A DNA stretch of 64,000 bases. Origin: a virus (lineage: Duplodnaviria > Caudoviricetes). Of the stretch, positions 30,289-38,510 are shown one piece after another (position 1 is the stretch's first letter; each line of letters starts with the position of its first letter). The notes below the pieces were generated by a model, which was not told where the DNA came from, ran no database searches, and saw only the letters and a list, made by a program, of their open reading frames with translations. The stretch lies in the IMG/VR virus record IMGVR_UViG_3300032233_002382, positions 224,001 through 288,000 of that record; one strand, given 5' to 3'. The position numbers and the translations under genes are program-made.

Positions 30289-30915
30289 ATGAACATTTTT
30301 GTGACCCATCACAACCCGGAAATCGCAGCAAAGCACCTGTGTGACAAACACGTTCCCAAAATGATCTTAGAAAGTGCGCAGATGCTATCTAATGCGTTTC
30401 ACGTCCTCGGACTCCCGCACCTGGCCCCATACAGACAGCTAATGCTGAAGCATCCTTGTTGCAAATGGGTACTTGAATCGAGAGGCAACTTCGAATGGTT
30501 GCTTAGGCACGCAAAACAAATTGCCGAGGAATTTGAACAGAGATTCGGGAAGAAGCACAAGTGTGAAGATGTAATTCTAAGTATGGAACGGAATTACATG
30601 AACCTCAGCTGGCCCAAGAAATCACGGACCAAATTCGTTCAGTGCATGCCAAGGATTTATCGCAATCGCGATGTCATCGTTGCGTACCGTTCATATATTA
30701 AGCACGCCAAGATGTTCGCTAAATGGAAAAAGGGGCGTAAGAAACCATCATGGTTCCTGAAGCATTACATCGAATTTAACCATGAAGAAATCGGTAATTA
30801 TATGACCGAATCGATTCCGCTACCTGATAGTGTTCCGCAACATCATATTGATTTCAGTGCTACAATCGCTTGGGCCAAGTGGTCAGTCGAGCAGGAGAAT
30901 GCAAATCTAATGTAG
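30289..30915 (+). CDS. Pyrimidine-dimer DNA glycosylase-like protein (T4 endonuclease V-related)
   Basis: MNIF...P..AA..LCDKHVPKMILESAQML N-terminus, HPC..W, AYRSY motifs. Confidence 0.75.
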   Translation: MNIFVTHHNPEIAAKHLCDKHVPKMILESAQMLSNAFHVLGLPHLAPYRQLMLKHPCCKWVLESRGNFEWLLRHAKQIAEEFEQRFGKKHKCEDVILSMERNYMNLSWPKKSRTKFVQCMPRIYRNRDVIVAYRSYIKHAKMFAKWKKGRKKPSWFLKHYIEFNHEEIGNYMTESIPLPDSVPQHHIDFSATIAWAKWSVEQENANLM

Positions 30916-31994
30916 CCCCTACCGGCGGGACCAAAGGCACTTCCTGGGCTGCTACCAACTCCCGCCTTGTCTATCATATAGTCCGTAAAAGCCACGTCAT
31001 TGGCTTCAGACTTCAGCTTTGTCCAAAGGAAGAAGGAACCTGAGGGAGTGAATGTTGTAAAATGTGGAGAATGAAGCAAGGCGTCTAATAACAAGTTACG
31101 TCGATTTTCATACTCCTTAGCCATTTCCGTCTGATGACTATTCCCGATCGAAAGAGCCGTCACAGCACCATATTGAGCGACACTGTTCACCCCGTTTGTA
31201 CTACACCTGAGCAATTTCTTAATACGATCAAGAACTGGCTCGTTATTCGATACGACATAACCAATCCTTAGACCGCTCATTGCATAGCTCTTAGAGGAGC
31301 TAAATAAAGAGATAGTTCGATTATATGCACCAGGTAGAGAAGCCACGCTTACATGTTTTAATCCGTCGAAAATCACATGTTCGTAAGCTTCATCAGACAC
31401 AATGATCAAGTCATACTTTTCTGCTAGATTAACGAATTCCTTTAAAACTGACTCAGAAAGCACGACTCCAGTTGGATTATGTGGAGTATTTAGGAAAATA
31501 GCTTTGGTATTGGGCGTAATATAACGCTCGACCATGTCCGCTGTATATGGATTGGGCTTGCTTAGGTCCATGGGACATCTAACAGCATAGCCACCAGCTA
31601 GTCTAATATTTTCTGCAATTTCGGTCCACATCGGATCCGGAATAATCACTTCATCATTGGTTTCGAGAATCGAAGCAAAGGTTAAGAAAAGTGCATGCAT
31701 TCCGCCACTAGTGACCACCACATGGTTTGGGTCAGATACCGGTATATGATTTGATCGGCGGCATTTTTCGACAATCGCACGACGCAGTTCGACGATTCCA
31801 GCTGACGCCGTGTAATGTGTATAGTCTTTATCTAAAGCATCGCGCATAGCCTGCTTAACTTCCGGATGGACTGCGAAGTTCGGATCTCCAGACTCCAGTC
31901 GGTATACCTTACGGCCTTGAGACGCCAAACCGAGCAAGCGGTCTCTGACGGTTACAATCGCACCGAAGCTAATCTGGTCTAATTGAGAAATCAT
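30843..31994 (-). CDS. PLP-dependent aminotransferase class I/II (aspartate aminotransferase-like)
   Basis: NTPHNPTG, SDEAYE and SSSKSYAMSGLRIG (PLP lysine) motifs. Confidence 0.9.
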   Translation of the reverse strand: MISQLDQISFGAIVTVRDRLLGLASQGRKVYRLESGDPNFAVHPEVKQAMRDALDKDYTHYTASAGIVELRRAIVEKCRRSNHIPVSDPNHVVVTSGGMHALFLTFASILETNDEVIIPDPMWTEIAENIRLAGGYAVRCPMDLSKPNPYTADMVERYITPNTKAIFLNTPHNPTGVVLSESVLKEFVNLAEKYDLIIVSDEAYEHVIFDGLKHVSVASLPGAYNRTISLFSSSKSYAMSGLRIGYVVSNNEPVLDRIKKLLRCSTNGVNSVAQYGAVTALSIGNSHQTEMAKEYENRRNLLLDALLHSPHFTTFTPSGSFFLWTKLKSEANDVAFTDYMIDKAGVGSSPGSAFGPAGRGYIRFAFSCSTDHLAQAIVALKSI

Positions 31995-31999
31995 GAGAC

Positions 32000-32005
32000 A
32001 CTTTA
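32000..32005 (-). promoter_or_regulatory. Putative -10 box (TAAAGT), leaderless
   Basis: ctgTAAAGT-N5-ATG(31994). Confidence 0.5.
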
Positions 32006-32009
32006 CAGA

Positions 32010-33257
32010 TCAAACTAGAACATGCTTGTTGTTACTCTCTTCAGATGAATCACGGTTGCGCCAATATGGGGGTTGGTACCTCCATCGTCGGAAGCTACGA
32101 CCTTCACCGTAGGCCTGGCGCATCCAAAAACCCGACACAAGCGTGCGAACTCGACGGACATTTATACTTTCGCTCGAGTTTTCTTCCGGGCTCCAAAGGG
32201 TTATGGAACGCCCAAGTCTAATTCGATTTTGAGGTATCAACTTCTTAAATCGATCTTTAAGGTCATCTTTCTTTCTTCCCTTAGGCAACTTCGAAATTCG
32301 ATTCCATAAAGCCCTAGCTTCGTCATTGGCCATGAAGTGCTCGACCTCAACATCCGGCCAGGTGGAATACATAACAACATTCATCGCCCAATTAAAAAGG
32401 CCTTTCCATTCAGTTCGAAAAATATCACGAGCTTTCTGGTCGATGATGAGAGTGCTATCATCGACCACCCTTTGCTCATTCGAAAGAATGTCTGAAATCG
32501 GCGTGTTCTCAGGTAGCTCTATACTAAAGTGAAAAAGAGCATCGTCGAAGGCATTAGTACCATCATGTGCTGTTCCAACAAACAAAAATCTCCACGTTCT
32601 GACAGGCTTTGAAGGATCCTCTCCTACAGGGTCTTCCGTAAGATAAAATCCCTCAAGTTGATGCCAGCCCGTTTCTTCATTATATAGCCGAAGATTATTC
32701 GACTCAGACTTAGGGATCATCACATAGATACTGGCATAAGGCATGCGCAAATCATCGGAATTTATTCCACGCAACTCAGTATGCCGTAATCGTTCAGCCA
32801 AACCCGGCGAGACTTCGTACACTTTCTTTCCCGCGTGCTCATGAATCAGATAACACCAATTCTGAATCATTCCAGTCAGCGCTGAAGCATAGAACGCTTT
32901 TTCATCAAGATTGGGATTGTATGACTTGTAAGCAGAAAGTACCATAACATTAAACTGCTGCATCAAATCAGAATTGGCAGATAAAGAAAAACTATATGGA
33001 GTCGAAGCCGACTCCATCGACTTCGAAAGAATCTCAATAGTCAGAGCAGCCAGCTTTTGAGTGTAAGGATTAGAGTAAAATCGGTCATCCACCGCCTTCG
33101 AACGAATCGAACTACCCGAACCAGAAATAATGCTCTGAGATTTCAAGTTATGTAGATAATTCGCATAGCAAAGCAAGCCTAGTTTCTCGAAATCCTGCTT
33201 AGCTTCTGTACGCTTGCTATTAAAGAATTTGTAAGCACGTTCCCAGTGGGTTAGCAT
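32010..33257 (-). CDS. Hypothetical phage protein with basic/aromatic C-terminal motif
   Basis: 415 aa; C-terminal VSGFWMRQAYGEGRSFRRWRYQPPYW. Confidence 0.6.
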   Translation of the reverse strand: MLTHWERAYKFFNSKRTEAKQDFEKLGLLCYANYLHNLKSQSIISGSGSSIRSKAVDDRFYSNPYTQKLAALTIEILSKSMESASTPYSFSLSANSDLMQQFNVMVLSAYKSYNPNLDEKAFYASALTGMIQNWCYLIHEHAGKKVYEVSPGLAERLRHTELRGINSDDLRMPYASIYVMIPKSESNNLRLYNEETGWHQLEGFYLTEDPVGEDPSKPVRTWRFLFVGTAHDGTNAFDDALFHFSIELPENTPISDILSNEQRVVDDSTLIIDQKARDIFRTEWKGLFNWAMNVVMYSTWPDVEVEHFMANDEARALWNRISKLPKGRKKDDLKDRFKKLIPQNRIRLGRSITLWSPEENSSESINVRRVRTLVSGFWMRQAYGEGRSFRRWRYQPPYWRNRDSSEESNNKHVLV

Positions 33258-33262
33258 AGATT

Positions 33263-33268
33263 AATTTA
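33263..33268 (-). promoter_or_regulatory. Putative -10 box (TAAATT), leaderless
   Basis: gtgTAAATT-N5-ATG(33257). Confidence 0.5.
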
Positions 33269-33299
33269 CACTAAACAAGAGTCCGCAATTCAAGACGCA

Positions 33300-33815
33300 C
33301 ATACGCGTGGGCCTCGACGGATATCTCCGTCGAGGCCCACGTTGGAAGGAAGCTTGATTTCGAACTTGATTCCGTTTAGAGAATCCGTCGCACCAGTCTT
33401 ACCTACCTGCTCCACGGTCCTTATCGCAGATTACGCTGCGACCGAATCGCGTGCACCCATTCTAGTTTAACATCTCTCGACGCTAAACCAAAACCGGGAC
33501 CAAGCCGATCTAGTAACCATCGCTGGTTACCGACCGAAATGGCATGTCGCGCCACGACAGGTATCGAACCACCTTGTTTAAGGGTTTGGCTCGAGACGCC
33601 ATAAGAATCGCGACATTGCCGACAGCCAAGAGAACGACTCTCATCGTTCAAATGCGTTTCCGGCTCCGCAGTTGCCTACACTAGACCGCTCTAGTAAACG
33701 ACAACAAAGGAACGACAGTCACTAGACTCTTCCGAGTATTTCGAGACCCCTTCTTTCAAGGCATCTCTAATCGACTGGCGCATAATAGCGCGCCGATAAA
33801 AATTCTAAAAATAGT
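33300..33815 (-). ncRNA. Candidate large structured ncRNA of unknown class
   Basis: ~575-nt gap with no credible CDS; closing helix 33773-33780/33391-33398; GNRA-capped hairpins on the minus strand; T-loop-like GGTTCGATACC; 16-bp terminal hairpin 33306-33341; gtgTAATTT box at 33820-33825. Confidence 0.55.
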
Positions 33816-33833
33816 AAGTAAATTACACGTCTT

Positions 33834-34499
33834 ATGTATCGTGTAGGCATGAGTGTAGATAAGATAAGGATAGCCAACCGGATTGCTAAAGGGAAAACAT
33901 CAGAATTGGTTGGTCAGGACCCAGACGTAAATCCGGACCTTAAAAATCCAGAGTCAGTTTCTGGACATAACGATCTAATAGATATCCCCAACGTACGTCA
34001 ATATAATGATTTTACGTGCGGATCTGCATGCTTGCTGGCGATACTGGCTTATTATGGGAAATATGACGGTAGAGAAGACGACCTCGCAAGCGAATTACGA
34101 ACAAATCCGATAAACGGAACAAATGCCGATGACATAGTTAAAATCGCAAGAAAGTTCGGCCTAAACGCAGAGCGTAGAGAAAACGCGGACCTTAAAATAA
34201 TCGAATCATCACTTAGACGAAAAACGCCGATTATAGTGAACTTTCAAGCCTGGAGCGATTCTGGATCAGACTACAGGCACAGCAACGAGGATGGTCACTA
34301 CGCCATAGTAACAGGCATGGACGACGAAAACCTGTATTTTCGAGATCCATCCATGAACGGAAAGATCGGCCGATTATCAAAAGCAGATTTTATGCAAAGA
34401 TGGCATGACGAAGACGCACAATCTGACGTGGAACGGATGTGCATACTATTTCACGATAATATGATCCCTAGAATCGAAGAGATAGAGTATATAGGATAA
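33834..34499 (+). CDS. C39-family cysteine peptidase with N-terminal RIANRIA tag
   Basis: RQ...TCGSACL (catalytic Cys), GHYAIV (His), DPS (Asp); start could be ATG 33849. Confidence 0.85.
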   Translation: MYRVGMSVDKIRIANRIAKGKTSELVGQDPDVNPDLKNPESVSGHNDLIDIPNVRQYNDFTCGSACLLAILAYYGKYDGREDDLASELRTNPINGTNADDIVKIARKFGLNAERRENADLKIIESSLRRKTPIIVNFQAWSDSGSDYRHSNEDGHYAIVTGMDDENLYFRDPSMNGKIGRLSKADFMQRWHDEDAQSDVERMCILFHDNMIPRIEEIEYIG

Positions 34500-35030
34500 T
34501 TAAGATCTCGAGACATGTTTTGAAACCCAGTCGTTCATTGCTATAGAACCCGCCACCGCCGCGTTCAAACTGCGTACGGATCCATACTGAGGTATACAAA
34601 CGCATCGATCCACTAAAGATAAAGTTTTTTCAGTGATACCTACCCCTTCCTCCCCTAAAATGAAAAGAGGAGGTCGATTATATGCAGTCTCATAAATCGA
34701 CTGAGCGCCTGGAACCGTGTTCTCAAGAGCGACAAACTCATACTGAGACTTTAAGCATTCCAATGATTCGTAATCCGGTAGATGGTGAACATAACTGTAA
34801 TTGAAAGTGCCGACTGCACCACGTTTATCATACTTCCGATTACCAATATAATAGACCGCTCTCGCATTAAAGGCATTGGCCGATCTAATTACTGTTCCGA
34901 AGTTAAAATCACCAACAAAGTTTTCCATCAAAACTGCGAACGGAAAAGCTTTGTTCGCTAAATCATCTCGAATAAGCTCGGTTGTCCACGCCTTATAACG
35001 ATTAATCACATTCCTATTTTCTAGATCCAA
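34500..35030 (-). CDS. SpoU/TrmH-family RNA 2'-O-methyltransferase
   Basis: NFGTVIRSA, LGEEGVGI and IPQYGSVRSLNAAVA motifs; start reassigned to TTG 35030 (SD GAGGA). Confidence 0.85.
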   Translation of the reverse strand: MDLENRNVINRYKAWTTELIRDDLANKAFPFAVLMENFVGDFNFGTVIRSANAFNARAVYYIGNRKYDKRGAVGTFNYSYVHHLPDYESLECLKSQYEFVALENTVPGAQSIYETAYNRPPLFILGEEGVGITEKTLSLVDRCVCIPQYGSVRSLNAAVAGSIAMNDWVSKHVSRS

Positions 35031-35031
35031 T

Positions 35032-35247
35032 TTATTCCTCGTGAATTTTAATAGATACTGCTTGATCACACGTCAATGACGGATAAGCTCTTCTAGCATA
35101 ACCGTTCCATGAGGGAATTTCCAATATAGTTAACATATTGTGATCGGGTCTGACAGATGAGTCGACTTTGCAACCACAATTTAAGCATTTATAACGGTAT
35201 AATCCAGCAATACCGGTAGGACCCTTGAAATCCCAGTCATGGCTCAC
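35032..35247 (-). CDS. Zn-finger-like micro-protein, array member (MSHDW...CLNCG...TCDQ...IHEE)
   Basis: Shares HxW/CxxC/TC/H motif with neighbours. Confidence 0.7.
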   Translation of the reverse strand: MSHDWDFKGPTGIAGLYRYKCLNCGCKVDSSVRPDHNMLTILEIPSWNGYARRAYPSLTCDQAVSIKIHEE

Positions 35248-35519
35248 GAGTTATGAACCTTATAAGATACACATTCTTCAACAGTATGCATTGATCTAGA
35301 TTGATCATTCTCGAATTCCATAAAACACTCTGAACACATCGGGTTTATCTTGAATGCACTTCTAATCCCGGCATAGTCGATGGGATTCTTAATAGGAGAA
35401 ATCATCCTTTGAAAAAGTTCGTTAGTTTCGTCGGTCGAGAGGCCGTCACGCGATACGCGCTTCACTTGATTATCTAAGAGAGCTTTGAGAGACGCCATCT
35501 TCTTTTCCCTATCGATCAT
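35244..35519 (-). CDS. Divergent array member (CSEC...HTVEEC...VHNS)
   Basis: 91 aa; retains CxxC and C-terminal VHxx*. Confidence 0.65.
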   Translation of the reverse strand: MIDREKKMASLKALLDNQVKRVSRDGLSTDETNELFQRMISPIKNPIDYAGIRSAFKINPMCSECFMEFENDQSRSMHTVEECVSYKVHNS

Positions 35520-35727
35520 GGACCACTTCCGCTAAGAATTCTTCGCACTTTGGGATAGCTCGATACTCCATCGAACCGCTATTAAAACACGACATTATTC
35601 GACCGACAACAAACCAGTCATAATTCGGACTGGTCCAATAACCGGCCGACGTAAGATAACCACACAACTTGCATTTCACTATGACGTTTCCATGAATCTC
35701 ATGACTTAAAATCCAGTCATGCTCCAT
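35509..35727 (-). CDS. Zn-finger-like micro-protein, array member (MEHDW...CKLCG...KCEE...VHDR)
   Basis: Start reassigned to ATG 35727 by motif alignment. Confidence 0.7.
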   Translation of the reverse strand: MEHDWILSHEIHGNVIVKCKLCGYLTSAGYWTSPNYDWFVVGRIMSCFNSGSMEYRAIPKCEEFLAEVVHDR

Positions 35728-35911
35728 GGATTGTCCCCATGAGTATTTCTTCACAGGTTAGATAAGAAGAATTCTTTAAAATAGGATCCACAACTAAGAG
35801 CCAACCATCCTTAGATGGGTTATATGAACCCACAAAAATATAACCACACATGTCACATTTAAACGTTTTGAGACCACCTGATTCCTTGAGTAAAACCCAT
35901 TCATGAAGCAT
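35717..35911 (-). CDS. Zn-finger-like micro-protein, array member (MLHEW...CDMCG...TCEE...IHGA)
   Basis: Motif shared with neighbours. Confidence 0.7.
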   Translation of the reverse strand: MLHEWVLLKESGGLKTFKCDMCGYIFVGSYNPSKDGWLLVVDPILKNSSYLTCEEILMGTIHGA

Positions 35912-36095
35912 AAATATTCCAGATTATTATTTCTTCGCAGGTCATATACTTTAAATCCTGAATCATATGGCTTCCGGATAATACTTTCTGGGCAGGAAAC
36001 GGCATATTCACATCTCTAAACAAAGAACCGCACAAAAGGCATTCGAATTCTTTGTAGTACACACCCGGCGTCCTACATTTCCATTTATGAGGCAT
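35901..36095 (-). CDS. Zn-finger-like micro-protein, array member (MPHKW...CLLCG...TCEE...IYAS)
   Basis: Motif shared with neighbours. Confidence 0.7.
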   Translation of the reverse strand: MPHKWKCRTPGVYYKEFECLLCGSLFRDVNMPFPAQKVLSGSHMIQDLKYMTCEEIIIWNIYAS

Positions 36096-36264
36096 GAATA
36101 TAATTCACCATCACATCATGATAGGTCCTAACGTCCACTAATTCATTATCACGTTCAACCCAATGTGGGTTGGGCTTCTGATTAGGATCAGAAAGCCTAC
36201 ACCAACTATTACAATTTAAGCATTTCCAAATATTCGAGTAAATTAACTGCCAATCATGGGCCAT
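36085..36264 (-). CDS. Zn-finger-like micro-protein, first array member (missing from ORF track)
   Basis: Own translation: MAHDWQLIYSNIWKCLNCNSWCRLSDPNQKPNPHWVERDNELVDVRTYHDVMVNYIHAS* (59 aa). Confidence 0.7.
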   Translation of the reverse strand: MAHDWQLIYSNIWKCLNCNSWCRLSDPNQKPNPHWVERDNELVDVRTYHDVMVNYIHAS

Positions 36265-36269
36265 ACCAT

Positions 36270-36275
36270 AACTTA
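36270..36275 (-). promoter_or_regulatory. Putative -10 box (TAAGTT), leaderless; overlaps agmatinase stop
   Basis: gtgTAAGTT-N5-ATG(36264). Confidence 0.4.
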
Positions 36276-37268
36276 CACCAAACTAGCACGCGGTCCAGCC
36301 CCAGACCAACCACAAAGTTTATGTAACATACGAGCTGCGATGATCGGATCATTTCCATCAGGTGAAGATTCATTTATATCGAATCCTACGATTTTTCGAC
36401 CCGCATTTACAACTGCCTTTAGAATCGCATTTACCTGCCACCAATTTAGACCACCTGGAACGGGTGTTCCAGTGTTCGGAACCATCGAAATGTCGAACAC
36501 ATCCATGTCAAAACAAACATAAACATTGGGTGAGAGAGTCGTTGCTATACGTTCCGCAACTATGTCGAATGATTCGTATTGAGAGTATTCCCATAAATCT
36601 TTAGCAAAAAACGGCGTTATGCGACCTCTCGAATTCATGATCGATAGATACTCGAATTCGGAAAGGTCTCGAACGCCGACCTGTGTAATCGGACATTTAG
36701 TCATTTGCACGACATTGCTCATGACAGCAGCATGCGAAAAATGACATCCGTTATACCTAGTTCGAAGATCGGCATGAGCATCAAAGTGAAGAACGCTCAA
36801 GTCTTTAAAACGCTCAAAATGAGACACGATCGAACCAAGCGAAACCGAATTATCGCCACCCAACACTATAGGCACTTTTCCCTTCGACAGCCAATAACGA
36901 GAGCGATCCCTAATAGCCGAATAGACGGTGTTACAAACCCGATTAAGCTCGTCCAAAGCTCGCGTGTCATTATTCAGACTTCTGCGATATAAATCTCGAG
37001 CTATTTCATTTGCCTCGACCGCCTCAATAACCGGATCATCGACAAATATATTCCCAACAACATTGTCACTGAATTCCAGATCAAACGTGTCGACTTGATG
37101 AGTCGCCTCAATTACTGCATCCGGCGCAAAAGCAGACCCGAGTCTATAACTTGAAGTCCCGTCAAAAGGCACAGGCACAATTACGAACTTTGATTTCTCG
37201 ATCGTGGATAACGATTCAAAGATAGGCTTAGAATTCACGATGGTAGATAAACGGTGAACTAAGTTCAT
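36273..37268 (-). CDS. speB: Agmatinase / ureohydrolase (arginase family)
   Basis: LGGDNS, HFDAHADLR, CFDMDVFD and TGTPVPGGL Mn-binding motifs. Confidence 0.8.
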   Translation of the reverse strand: MNLVHRLSTIVNSKPIFESLSTIEKSKFVIVPVPFDGTSSYRLGSAFAPDAVIEATHQVDTFDLEFSDNVVGNIFVDDPVIEAVEANEIARDLYRRSLNNDTRALDELNRVCNTVYSAIRDRSRYWLSKGKVPIVLGGDNSVSLGSIVSHFERFKDLSVLHFDAHADLRTRYNGCHFSHAAVMSNVVQMTKCPITQVGVRDLSEFEYLSIMNSRGRITPFFAKDLWEYSQYESFDIVAERIATTLSPNVYVCFDMDVFDISMVPNTGTPVPGGLNWWQVNAILKAVVNAGRKIVGFDINESSPDGNDPIIAARMLHKLCGWSGAGPRASLV

Positions 37269-37306
37269 GGACCGCCCTTAAGCATGAACTGTAATATTAC
37301 AATTCG

Positions 37307-38089
37307 CTAAAATCTAAACGCCTTCTTGAACGCGTTACCTACTTTTTTACCAGTATCTACAACTGCGTTACCGGCCTTCTTACCAGTGTCTACAATCGCA
37401 TTACCAGCTTTTTGTGCCGTGCTGACAACTGTAGACTCCGCTTTCTTCTCAGTAGCTACCACTGCACTACCGGCACTAGTTAAATCCTTGGCTGCTTGCT
37501 TAGTGTCTACAGTTACAGATACGTCGACCTTAGCTCCGACTAGTGCTGCCACATCTCCGCTAACGCCGACAGTGGCTTTACCGTCCTTGAAGGTAGCTTC
37601 GCCACCACCCCCAATACCTACTTGGTCGCCGACAGACACGCCAGCACCAGCCGTAGCTGAAGCCCCTCTCAGCTTCGCAGTGGCGTCAGCATCTACTCCA
37701 ACAGCAGTACCAGAGGAGACGCCACCGGAGGCAGCCACACCATGATCTCCAGCAGAAATGGAGGCGTCAACGGTAGTTCCGGTTACAGCATAAGCATCAC
37801 CTGAAGCTGATCCGCCAACGCCGTGATAATTTGTGGTCGCATCTACCGTCGCATGTGCCTCGGTGGTGTCAGAATAGTGCAGGCCAGCATTCACATTATT
37901 TCCATCTAAACCGGCCGAAACGCCAGCTTCAGTTCCAGTCTTAGCCGATACGCCTGCCGAAATCGACGCATTATCATTGCCGGTGCTAACCCCGGCGGAG
38001 GCTTCGATCGTGTTATTAATGGAAGCTGAAGCTGAATTCTTATCGGTAGTCGCGGTAGCTGACTGATTTGCACTTATGTTGGTGGACAT
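37307..38089 (-). CDS. Ala/Gly/Ser/Val-rich beta-repeat protein with amphipathic KKAGNAxVDTG tail repeats
   Basis: Alternating small/hydrophobic pattern (AGVS, AGLD, GVSG); C-terminal 11-aa repeats. Confidence 0.55.
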   Translation of the reverse strand: MSTNISANQSATATTDKNSASASINNTIEASAGVSTGNDNASISAGVSAKTGTEAGVSAGLDGNNVNAGLHYSDTTEAHATVDATTNYHGVGGSASGDAYAVTGTTVDASISAGDHGVAASGGVSSGTAVGVDADATAKLRGASATAGAGVSVGDQVGIGGGGEATFKDGKATVGVSGDVAALVGAKVDVSVTVDTKQAAKDLTSAGSAVVATEKKAESTVVSTAQKAGNAIVDTGKKAGNAVVDTGKKVGNAFKKAFRF

Positions 38090-38101
38090 TTTTGCTCCAA
38101 G

Positions 38102-38434
38102 TTATTTAGAACGAGATTTCGTTAAACGACTCTCGGCCTGATTCCAGGCCGCTTGTTCTTTAAGAATCGAAATGAATTCATCACGCTGCTGAATAAGATG
38201 CTTTTCCCGTTCGATTAACCTATCATGTTCACGATCGATCAAAGCCATAATTCGGTCGTCTTTTGAATGTATTTCCTTCAAATACTCGGCCTTGTCAGCT
38301 TGCCATGCCGCATGTTGGTAATAAACAATCGCTACCATCAGCACAACAGTGAAAGATTGTTCCTTAAGTTTGTTTAGGAATATGGAGATAGCGGAGGACT
38401 GAGATGAATCCGATGAACCAGCACTAGAACCCAT
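38102..38434 (-). CDS. Small membrane-anchored coiled-coil protein (holin-like?)
   Basis: One hydrophobic segment FTVVLMVAIVYY followed by charged helix. Confidence 0.4.
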   Translation of the reverse strand: MGSSAGSSDSSQSSAISIFLNKLKEQSFTVVLMVAIVYYQHAAWQADKAEYLKEIHSKDDRIMALIDREHDRLIEREKHLIQQRDEFISILKEQAAWNQAESRLTKSRSK

Positions 38435-38510
38435 ACTACGATGGGTTTAAAGAAAACCGAAGAGTCATTGATATGCTTTTAACTGATAAAATGCTTCGAT
38501 GATTCAATCA

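Noticed and set aside
33555-33585. tRNA gene suggested by GGTTCGATACC
   Set aside because: No 5-bp T-stem, acceptor stem, anticodon arm or CCA; kept only as a T-loop-like motif
33421-33651. 76-aa minus-strand ORF inside the ncRNA candidate
   Set aside because: No SD or motif; the dense helical structure explains the region better, though translation is not excluded
33624-33667. Group II intron domain V look-alike (AGCCG...GAGA hairpin...TGGCT)
   Set aside because: An 11-nt insertion breaks D5 geometry, the following helix has its bulged A on the 5' side, and there is no GUGYG 5' end or RT gene
33300-33815. tmRNA or RNase P RNA
   Set aside because: No Ala acceptor end or tag frame ending in a stop (plus-strand AACGACAAC runs on). 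RNase P GAGGAAAGUCC and ACAGAA..CGGCUUA are only loosely mimicked.
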